Below, one piece after another: positions 43,420 through 55,700 of a stretch of 64,000 nt of DNA. The notes beneath the pieces are model-generated. The model was not told the origin of the DNA and ran no database searches. It worked only from the letters and a program-made list of their open reading frames with translations. The position numbers were made by a program, and so were the translations under genes. The stretch's first letter is position 1; every line of letters begins with the position of its first letter. Location of the stretch: positions 28,334,001-28,398,000 of the forward strand of contig OZ024740.1 in the NCBI GenBank assembly GCA_964016885.1, given 5' to 3'. This stretch comes from Eledone cirrhosa. Taxonomy: Eukaryota.

Positions 43420-46400
43420 CCTGAGTATATGTGATCTTCCTCAGTATATGTGATTTTCCTGAGTATATGCGATTTTCCTGAGTATATGTGATTTTCCTGA
43501 GTATATGTGATTTATTTAAGTATATGTGATTTCCCTGACTATATGTGATTTTCCTGAGTACATGTGATTTCCCTGAGTATATGTGATTTTCCTGAGTATA
43601 TGTTATTATCCTGAGTATTTGATTTTCCTGACTATTTGTGATTTTCCTGACTATATGTGATTTTCCTGAGTATATGTGATCTTCCTGAGTATATGTGATT
43701 TTCCTGAGTATATGCAATTTTCCTGAGTATATGTGATTTTCCTGACTATATGTGATTTCCTTGAGTATATGTGATTTCCCTGACTATGTGTGATTTTCCT
43801 GAGTATATATGATTTAACAGACTATATGTGATTTTCCTGAGTATATGTGATTTTCCTGAGTATATGTGATTTTGCTGACTATATGTGATTTTCCTGAGTA
43901 TATGTGATTTCCCTGAGTATATGTGATTTTCCTGAGTATATGTGATTTTCCTGACTATATGTGATTTTCCTGAGTATATGTGATTTTCCTGACTATATGT
44001 GATTTTCCTGAGTATATGTGATTTTCCTGACTATATGTGATTTTCCTGACAATATGTGATTTTCCTGAGTATGTGTGATTTCCCTGAGTATATGTGATTT
44101 TCATGAGTATATGTGATATTCATGAGTATATGTGATTTTCCTGACTATATGTGATTTTCCTGAGTATATGTGATCTTCCTGAGTATATGTGATTTTCCTG
44201 AGTATATGCGATTTTCCTGAGTATATGTAATTTTCCTGAGTATATGTGATTTATTTGAGTATATGTGATTTCCCTGACTATATGTGATTTTCCTGAGTAT
44301 ATGTGTTTTCCCTGAGTATATGTGATTTTCCTGAGTATATGTTATTTTCCTGAGTATTTGATTTTCCTGACTATTTGTGATTTTCCTGACTATATGTGAT
44401 TTTCCTGAGTATATGTGATCTTCCTGAGTATATGTGATTTTCCTGAGTATATGCGAATTTCCTGAGTATATGTGATTTTCCTGACTATATGTGATTTTGC
44501 TGACTATTTGTGATTTTCCTGAGTATATGTGATTTTCCTGACTATATGTGATTTTCCTGAGTATATGTGATCTTCCTGAGTATAAGTGATTTTCCTGAGT
44601 ATAGGCGATTTTCCTGAGTATATGTGATTTTGCTGACTATATGTGATCTTCCTCTGTATATGTGATTTCCCGCAATATATGTGATTTTCCTGAGTATATG
44701 TGATTTCCCTGAGTATATGTGATTTTCCTGAGTATATGTGATTTTGCTGAGTATATGTGATTTCCCTGACTATATGAGATTTTCCTGAGTATATGTGATT
44801 TTCCTGACTATATGTAATTTTCCTGAGTATATGTGATTTACCTGACTAGAAGTGATTTTTCTGAGTATATGTGATTTCCCTGACTATATGTGATTTTCCT
44901 AACTATATGAGATTTTCCTGAGTATATGTGATTTTCCTGAGTATATGTGATTTCCCTGAATATATGTGATTTTCCAGAGTATATGTGATTTTTCTGTGTA
45001 TATATGATTTTCCTGAGTATATGTGATCTTCCTGAGTATATGTGATTTCCCTGAGTATATGTGATTTTCCTGAGTATATGTGATCTTCCTGAGTATATGT
45101 GATTTTCCTGAGTATATGTGATTTCCCTGAGTATAAGTGATTTTCCTGAGTATATGTGATTTTCCTGACTATATGTGATTTTCCTGACAATATGTGATTT
45201 TCCTGAGTATGTGTGATTTCCCTGAGTATATGTGATTTTCATGAGTATATGTGATATTCCTGAGTATATGTGATCTTCCTGAGTATATGTGATTTTCCTG
45301 AGTATATGTGATCTTCCTGAGTATATGTGATTTTCCTGAGTATATGCGATTTTCCTGAGTATATGTGATTTTCCTGAGTATATGTGATTTATTTAAGTAT
45401 ATGTGATTTCCCTGACTATATGTGATTTTCCTGAGTATATGTGATTTCCCTGAGTATATGTGATTTTCCTGAGTATATGTTATTATCCTGAGTATTTGAT
45501 TTTCCTGACTATTTGTGATTTTCCTGACTATATGTGATTTTCCTGAGTATATGTGATCTTCCTCAGTATATGTGATTTTCCTGAGTATATTCGATTTTCC
45601 TGAGTATATGTGATTTTCCTGACTATATGTGATTTTCCTGAGTATATGTGATTTTCCTGAGTATATGTGATTTTGCTGACTATATGTGATTTTCCTGAGT
45701 ATATGTGATTTCCCTGAGTATATGTGATTTTCCTGACTATATGTGATTTTCCTGACTATATGTGATTTTCCTGAGTATATGTGATTTTCCTGACTATATG
45801 TGATTTTCCTGAGTATATGTGATTTTCCTGACTATATGTGATTTTCCTGACAATATGTGATTTTCCTGAGTATGTGTGATTTCCCTGAGTATATGTGATT
45901 TTCATGAGTATATGTGATATTCCTGAGTATATGTGATTTTCCTGACTATATGTGATTTTCCTGAGTATATGTGATCTTCCTGAGTATATGTGATTTTCCT
46001 GAGTATATGCGATTTGCCTGAGTATATGTAATTTTCCTGAGTATATGTGATTTATTTGAGTATATGTGATTTCCCTGACTATATGTGATTTTCCTGAGTA
46101 TATGTGTTTTCCCTGAGTATATGTGATTTTCCTGAGTATATGTTATTTTCCTGAGTATTTGATTTTCCTGACTATTTGTGATTGTCCTGACTATATGTGA
46201 TTTTCCTGAGTATATGTGATCTTCCTGAGTATATGTGATTTTCCTGAGTATATGCGAATTTCCTGAGTATATGTGATTTTCCTGACTATATGTGATCTTT
46301 CTGAGTATATGTGATTTCCCTGAGTATATGTGATTTTACTGACTATTTGTGATTTTCCTGAGTATATGTGATTTTCCTGACTATATGTGATTTTCCTGAG

Positions 46401-49400
46401 TATATGTGATCTTCCTGAGTATAAGTGATTTTCCTGAGTATAGGCGATTTTCCTGAGTATATGTGATTTTGCTGACTATATGTGATCTTCCTCTGTATAT
46501 GTGATTTCCCGCAATATATGTGATTTTCCTGAGTATATGTGATTTCCCTGAGTATATGTGATTTTCCTGAGTATATGTGATTTTGCTGAGTATATGTGAT
46601 TTCCCTGACTATATGAGATTTTCCTGAGTATATGTGATTTTCCTGACTATATGTAATTTTCCTGAGTATATGTGATTTACCTGACTAGAAGTGATTTTTC
46701 TGAGTATATGTGATTTCCCTGACTATATGTGATTTTCCTAACTATATGAGATTTTCCTGAGTATATGTGATTTTCTTGAGTATATGTGATTTCCCTGAAT
46801 ATATGTGATTTTCCAGAGTATATGTGATTTTTCTGTGTATATATTATTTTCCTGAGTATATGTGATCTTCCTGAGTATATGTGATTTTCCTGAGTATATG
46901 TGATTTTCCTGAGTATATGTGATCTTCCTGAGTATATGTGATTTTCCTGAGTATATGTGATTTCCCTGAGTATAAGTGATTTTCCTGAGTATATGTGATT
47001 TTCCTGACTATATGTGATTTTCCTGACAATATGTGATTTTCCTGAGTATGTGTGATTTCCCTGAGTATATGTGATTTTCATGAGTATATGTGATATTCCT
47101 GAGTATATGTGATCTTCCTGAGTATATGTGATTTTCCTGAGTATATGCGATTTTCCTGAGTATATTTGATTTTCCTGAGTATATGAAATGTCCCTGAGTA
47201 TATGTGATTTTCCTGAGTATATGTGATTTTCCTGACTATATGTGATTTTCCTGAGTATATGTGATTTCCCTGACTATATGTGATTTCCCGGAGTATATGT
47301 GATTTTCCTGACTATATGTGATTTTCCTGAGTATATGTGATTTTCCTGACTATATGTGATTTTGCTGACAATATGTGATTTTCCTGAGTATGTGTGATTT
47401 CCCTGAGTATATGTGATTTTCATGAGTATATGTGATATTCCTGAGTATATGTGATTTTCCTGACTATATGTGATTTTCCTGAGTATATGTGATCTTCCTG
47501 AGTATATGTGATTTTCCTGAGTATATGCGATTTTCCTGTGTATATGTGATTTTCCTGAGTATATGTGATTTATTTAAGTATATGTGATTTCCCTGACTAT
47601 ATGTGATTTTCCTGAGTATATGTGATTTCCCTGAGTATATGTGATTTTCCTGAGTATATGTTATTATCCTGAGTATTTGATTTTCCTGACTATTTGTGAT
47701 TTTCCTGACTATATGTGATTTTCCTGAGTATATGTGATCTTCCTGAGTATATGTGATTTTCCTGAGTATATTCGATTTTCCTGAGTATATGTGATTTTCC
47801 TGACTATATGTGATTTTCCTGAGTATATGTGATTTTCCTGAGTATATGTGATTTTGCTGACTATATGTGATTTTCCTGAGTATATGTGATTTCCCTGAGT
47901 ATATGTGATTTTCCTGAGTATATGTGATTTTCCTGACTATATGTGATTTTCCTGAGTATATGTGATTTTCCTGACTATATGTGATTTACCTGAGTATATA
48001 TGATTTTCCTGACTATATGTGATTTTCCTGACAATATGTGATTTTCCTGAGTATGTGTGATTTCCCTGAGTATATGTGATTTTCATGAGTATATGTGATA
48101 TTCCTGAGTATATGTGATTTTCCTGACTATATGTGATTTTCCTGAGTATATGTGATCTTCCTGAGTATATGTGATTTTCCTGAGTATATGCGATTTTCCT
48201 GAGTATATGTAATTTTCCTGAGTATATGTGATTTATTTGAGTATATGTGATTTCCCTGAGTATATGTGATTTTCCTGACTATATGTGATCTTTCTGAGTA
48301 TATATGATTTCCCTGAGTATATGTGATTTTGCTGACTATTTGTGATTTTCCTGAGTATATGTGATTTTCCTGACTATATGTGATTTTCCTGAGTATATGT
48401 GATCTTCCTGAGTATAAGTGATTTTCCTGAGTATAGGCGATTTTCCTGAGTATATGTGATTTTGCTGACTATATGTGATCTTCCTCTGTATATGTGATTT
48501 CCCGCAATATATGTGATTTTCCTGAGTATATGTGATTTCCCTGAGTATATGTGATTTTCCTGAGTATATGTGATTTTGCTGAGTATATGTGATTTCCCTG
48601 ACTATATGAGATTTTCCTGAGTATATGTGATTTTCCTGACTATATGTAATTTTCCTGAGTATATGTGATTTACCTGACTAGAAGTGATTTTTCTGAGTAT
48701 ATGTGATTTCCCTGACTATATGTGATTTTCCTAACTATATGAGATTTTCCTGAGTATATGTGATTTTCCTGAGTATATGTGATTTCCCTGAATATATGTG
48801 ATTTTCCAGAGTATATGTGATTTTTCTGTGTATATATGATTTTCCTGAGTATATGTGATCTTCCTGAGTATATGTGATTTTCCTGAGTATATGTGATTTT
48901 CCTGAGTATATGTGATCTTCCTGAGTATATGTGATTTTCCTGAGTATATGTGATTTCCCTGAGTATAAGTGATTTTCCTGAGTATATGTGATTTTCCTGA
49001 CTATATGTGATTTTCCTGACAATATGTGATTTTCCTGAGTATGTGTGATTTCCCTGAGTATATGTGATTTTCATGAGTATATGTGATATTCCTGGGTATA
49101 TGTGATCTTCCTGAGTATATGTGATTTTCCTGAGTATATGCGATTTTCCTGAGTATATTTGATTTTCCTGAGTATATGAAATGTCCCTGAGTATATGTGA
49201 TTTTCCTGAGTATATGTGATTTTCCTGACTATATGTGATTTTCCTGAGTATATGTGATTTCCCTGACTATATGTGATTTCCCGGAGTATATGTGATTTTC
49301 CTGACTATATGTGATTTTCCTGAGTATGTGTGATTTCCCTGAGTATATGTGATTTTCATGAGTATATGTGATATTCCTGAGTATATGTGATTTTCCTGAC

Positions 49401-49725
49401 TATATGTGATTTTCCTGAGTATATGTGATCTTCCTGAGTATATGTGATTTTCCTGAGTATATGCGATTTTCCTGAGTATATGTGATTTTCCTGAGTATAT
49501 GTGATTTATTTAAGTATATGTGATTTCCCTGACTATATGTGATTTTCCTGAGTATATGTGATTTCCCTGAGTATATGTGATTTTCCTGAGTATATGTTAT
49601 TATCCTGAGTATTTGATTTTCCTGACTATTTGTGATTTTCCTGACTATATGTGATTTTCCTGAGTATATGTGATCTTCCTGAATATATGTGATTTTCCTG
49701 AGTATATTCGATTTTCCTGAGTATA
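43420..49725. repeat. Satellite subfamily B domain, copy 1 (higher-order unit about 1.8-2.0 kb)
   Basis: New variant set: TTTATTTAAG (first at ~43511), GTTATTATCC, 17-bp GAGTATTTGATTTTCCT, CTCTGTA..CCCGCAAT, and TAGAAG at 44847, 46686 and 48679. Confidence 0.85.
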
Positions 49726-52700
49726 TGTGATCTCCTGACTATATGTGATTTTCCTGAGTATATGTGATTTCCCTGACTATATGTGATTTCCCTGAGTATG
49801 TGTGATTTTCCTGAGTATATGTGATTTTCATGACTATATGTGATTTTCCTGAGTATATGTGATTTTCATGATTATGTGATTTTCATGACTATATGTGATT
49901 TTCCTGAGTATATGTGATTTTCCTGACTATATGTGATTTTCCTGACAATATGTGATTTTCCTGAGTATGTGTGATTTTCATGAGTATATGTGATTTTCAT
50001 GAGTATACGTGATTTTCCTGAGTATATGTAATTTCTTTGAGTATATGTGATTTCCCTGACTATATGTGATGTTCCTGAGTATATGTGATCTTCCCGAGTA
50101 TATGTGATTTTCCTGAGTATAGGCGATTTTCCTGAGTACATGTGATTTTTCTGACTATATGTGATCTTCCTGAGTATATGTGATTTCCCTGAGTATATGT
50201 GATTTCATTGACTATATGTGATTTTCATGATTATATGTGATCTTCCTGAGTATATGTGATTTTCCTGAGTATATGTGATTTCCCTGAGTATATGTGATTT
50301 TCCTGAGTATATGTGATTTTCATGACTATATGTGATTTTCCTGAGTATATGTGATTTTCATGATTATGTGATTTTCCTGACAATATGTGATTTTCCTGAG
50401 TATATGTGATTTTCCTGAGTATATGTGATTTTCCTGAGTATATGTGATTTTCTTGAGTATATGTGATTTTCCTGAGTATATGTGATTTTCCTGAGTATAT
50501 GTGATTTCCCTGACTATATGTGATTTTCATGATTATATGTGATCTTCCTGAGTATATGTGATTTTCCTGAGTATATGTGATTTCCCTGAGTATATGTGAT
50601 TTTCCTGAGTATATGTGATTTTCATGACTATATGTGATTTTCCTGAGTATATGTGATTTTCATGATTATGTGATTTTCATGACTATATGTGATTTTCCTG
50701 AGTATACGTGATTTTCCTGACTATATGTGATTTTCCTGACAATATGTGATTTTCCTGAGTATGTGTGATTTTCATGAGTATACGTGATTTTCCTGAGTAT
50801 ATGTAATTTCTTTGAGTATATGTGATTTCCCTGACTATATGTGATGTTCCTGAGTATATGTGATCTTCCTGAGTATATGTGATTTTCCTGAGTATAGGCG
50901 ATTTTCCTGAGTACATGTGATTTTTCTGACTATATGTGATCTTCCTGAGTATATGTGATTTCCCTGAGTATATGTGATTTCATTGACTATACGTGATTTT
51001 CATGATTATATGTGATCTTCCTGAGTATATGTGATTTTCCTGAGTATATGTGATTTCCCTGAGTATATGTGATTTTCCTGAGTATATGTGATTTTCATGA
51101 CTATATGTGATTTTCCTGAGTATATGTGATTTTCATGATTATGTGATTTTCCTGACAATATGTGATTTTCCTGAGTATATGTGATTTTCCTGAGTATATG
51201 TGATTTTCCTGAGTATATGTGATTTTCTTGAGTATATGTGATTTTCCTGAGTATATGTGATTTCCCTGAGTATATGTGATTTTCCTGACTATTTGTGATT
51301 TTCCTGACTATGTGATTTTCTTGACCATATGTGGTTTTCCTGAGTATATGTGATTTTGCTGACTATATGTGATTTTCCTGAGTATATGTGATTTTCCTGA
51401 CTTTATGTGATTTTCCTGAGTATATGTGATTTTGCTGACTATATGTGATTTTCCTGAGTATATGTGATTTTCCTGACTATATGTGATTTTCCTGACAATA
51501 TGTGATTTTCCTGAGTATGTGTGATTTTCATGAGTATATGTGATTTTCATGAGTATACGTGATTTTCCTGAGTATATGTAATTTCTTTGAGTATATGTGA
51601 TTTCTCTGACTATATGTGATGTTCCTGAGTATATGTGATCTTCCTGAGTATATGTGATTTTCCTGAGTATAGGCGATTTTCCTGAGTATATGTGATTTTC
51701 CTGAGTATATGTGATTTCCCTGAATATATGTGATTTTCCAGAGTATATGTGATTATTCTGTGTATATATAATTTTCCTGAGTATATGTGACTTTCCTGAG
51801 TATATGTGATTTCCCTGAGTATATGTGATTTTCCTCAGTATATGTGATTTTCCTGACAATATTTGATTTTCCTGAGTATATGTGATTTTCCTGAGTATAT
51901 GTGATTTCCCTGAGTATATGTGATTTTCCTGACTATTTGTGATTTTCCTGACTATGTGATTTTCTTGACTATATGTGATTTTCCTGAGTATATGTGATTT
52001 TCCTGACTATATGTGATTTTCCTGAGTATATAAAATTTCCCTGAGTATATGTGATTTTCCTGAGTATATGTGATTTTCCTGACTATATGTGATTTTCATG
52101 AGTATATGTGATTTCACTGACTATATGTGATTTTCCTGAGTATATGTAATTTCCCTGAGTATATGTGATTTTCCTGAGTATATGTGATTTCCCTGACTAT
52201 ATGTGATTTTCATGATTATATGTGATCTTCCTGAGTATATGTGATTTTCCTGAGTATATGTGATTTCCCTGAGTATATGTGATTTTCCTGAGTATATGTG
52301 ATTTTCATGAGTATATGTGATTTTCCTGAGTATACGTGATTTTCATGACTATGTGATTTTCCTGAGTATATGTGATTTCCCTGAGTATATGTGATTTTCC
52401 TCAGTATATGTGATTTTCCTGACAATATTTGATTTTCCTGAGTATATGTGATTTTCCTGAGTATATGTGATTTCCCTGAGTATATGTGATTTTCCTGACT
52501 ATTTGTGATTTTCCTGACTATGTGATTTTCTTGACTATATGTGATTTTCCTGAGTATATGTGATTTTCCTGACTATATGTGATTTTCCTGAGTATATAAA
52601 ATTTCCCTGAGTATATGTGATTTTCCTGAGTATATGTGATTTTCCTGACTATATGTGATTTTCCTGAGTATATGTGATTACCCTGAGTATATGTGATCTT

Positions 52701-55700
52701 CCTGAGTATATGTGATTTTCCTGACTATATGTGATTTTCCTGAGTATATGTGATTTTCATGACTATATGTGATTTTCCTGAGTATATGTGATTTTCCTGA
52801 CTATATGTGATTTTCCTGACAATATGTGATTTTCCTGAGTATGTGTGATTTCCCTGAGTATATGTGATTTTCATGAGTATATGTGATTTCCCTGAGTATA
52901 TGTGATTTTCCTGAGTATATGTGATTTTCATGACTATATGTGATTTTCCTGAGTATATGTGATTTTCATGATTATGTGATTTTCCTGACAATATGTGATT
53001 TTCCTGAGTATATGTGATTTTCCTGAGTATATGTGATTTTCCTGAGTATATGTGATTTTCTTGAGTATATGTGATTTTCCTGAGTATATGTGATTTCCCT
53101 GAGTATATGTGATTTTCCTGACTATTTGTGATTTTCCTGACTATGTGATTTTCTTGACCATATGTGATTTTCATGAGTATATGTGATTTTGCTGACTATA
53201 TGTGATTTTCCTGAGTATATGTGATTTTCCTGACTTTATGTGATTTTCCTGAGTATATGTGATTTTGCTGACTATATGTGATTTTCCTGAGTATATGTGA
53301 TTTTCCTGACTATATGTGATTTTCCTGACAATATGTGATTTTCCTGAGTATGTGTGATTTTCATGAGTATATGTGATTTTCATGAGTATACGTGATTTTC
53401 CTGAGTATATGTAATTTCTTTGAGTATATGTGATTTCTCTGACTATATGTGATGTTCCTGAGTATATGTGATCTTCCTGAGTATATGTGATTTTCCTGAG
53501 TATAGGCGATTTTCCTGAGTATATGTGATTTTCCTGAGTATATGTGATTTCCCTGAATATATGTGATTTTCCAGAGTATATGTGATTATTCTGTGTATAT
53601 ATAATTTTCCTGAGTATATGTGACTTTCCTGAGTATATGTGATTTCCCTGAGTATATGTGATTTTCCTCAGTATATGTGATTTTCCTGACAATATTTGAT
53701 TTTCCTGAGTATATGTGATTTTCCTGAGTATATGTGATTTTCCTGAGTATATGTGATCTTCCTCAGTATATGTGATTTTCCTGAGTATATGCGATTTTCC
53801 TGAGTATATGTGATTTTCCTGAGTATATGTGATTTATTTAAGTATATGTGATTTCCCTGACTATATGTGATTTTCCTGAGTACATGTGATTTCCCTGAGT
53901 ATATGTGATTTTCCTGAGTATATGTTATTATCCTGAGTATTTGATTTTCCTGACTATTTGTGATTTTCCTGACTATATGTGATTTTCCTGAGTATATGTG
54001 ATCTTCCTGAGTATATGTGATTTTCCTGAGTATATGCAATTTTCCTGAGTATATGTGATTTTCCTGACTATATGTGATTTCCTTGAGTATATGTGATTTC
54101 CCTGACTATGTGTGATTTTCCTGAGTATATATGATTTAACAGACTATATGTGATTTTCCTGAGTATATGTGATTTTCCTGAGTATATGTGATTTTGCTGA
54201 CTATATGTGATTTTCCTGAGTATATGTGATTTCCCTGAGTATATGTGATTTTCCTGAGTATATGTGATTTTCCTGACTATATGTGATTTTCCTGAGTATA
54301 TGTGATTTTCCTGACTATATGTGATTTTCCTGAGTATATGTGATTTTCCTGACTATATGTGATTTTCCTGACAATATGTGATTTTCCTGAGTATGTGTGA
54401 TTTCCCTGAGTATATGTGATTTTCATGAGTATATGTGATATTCATGAGTATATGTGATTTTCCTGACTATATGTGATTTTCCTGAGTATATGTGATCTTC
54501 CTGAGTATATGTGATTTTCCTGAGTATATGCGATTTTCCTGAGTATATGTAATTTTCCTGAGTATATGTGATTTATTTGAGTATATGTGATTTCCCTGAC
54601 TATATGTGATTTTCCTGAGTATATGTGTTTTCCCTGAGTATATGTGATTTTCCTGAGTATATGTTATTTTCCTGAGTATTTGATTTTCCTGACTATTTGT
54701 GATTTTCCTGACTATATGTGATTTTCCTGAGTATATGTGATCTTCCTGAGTATATGTGATTTTCCTGAGTATATGCGAATTTCCTGAGTATATGTGATTT
54801 TCCTGACTATATGTGATTTTGCTGACTATTTGTGATTTTCCTGAGTATATGTGATTTTCCTGACTATATGTGATTTTCCTGAGTATATGTGATCTTCCTG
54901 AGTATAAGTGATTTTCCTGAGTATAGGCGATTTTCCTGAGTATATGTGATTTTGCTGACTATATGTGATCTTCCTCTGTATATGTGATTTCCCGCAATAT
55001 ATGTGATTTTCCTGAGTATATGTGATTTCCCTGAGTATATGTGATTTTCCTGAGTATATGTGATTTTGCTGAGTATATGTGATTTCCCTGACTATATGAG
55101 ATTTTCCTGAGTATATGTGATTTTCCTGACTATATGTAATTTTCCTGAGTATATGTGATTTACCTGACTAGAAGTGATTTTTCTGAGTATATGTGATTTC
55201 CCTGACTATATGTGATTTTCCTAACTATATGAGATTTTCCTGAGTATATGTGATTTTCCTGAGTATATGTGATTTCCCTGAATATATGTGATTTTCCAGA
55301 GTATATGTGATTTTTCTGTGTATATATGATTTTCCTGAGTATATGTGATCTTCCTGAGTATATGTGATTTCCCTGAGTATATGTGATTTTCCTGAGTATA
55401 TGTGATCTTCCTGAGTATATGTGATTTTCCTGAGTATATGTGATTTCCCTGAGTATAAGTGATTTTCCTGAGTATATGTGATTTTCCTGACTATATGTGA
55501 TTTTCCTGACAATATGTGATTTTCCTGAGTATGTGTGATTTCCCTGAGTATATGTGATTTTCATGAGTATATGTGATATTCCTGAGTATATGTGATCTTC
55601 CTGAGTATATGTGATTTTCCTGAGTATATGCGATTTTCCTGAGTATATTTGATTTTCCTGAGTATATGAAATGTCCCTGAGTATATGTGATTTTCCTGAG

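Larger units (their letters stand above)
1..43420. repeat. Satellite subfamily A domain
   Basis: Frequent 17-bp monomers GACTATGTG.../GATTATGTG... and diagnostic variants ATAAAATTTCCC, GTAATTTCTTT, GATGTTCCT, GACTTTATG, TACGTG and the 18-bp GATCTCCT. The B markers TAGAAG, CCCGCAAT and TTTATTTAAG are absent. Confidence 0.85.
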
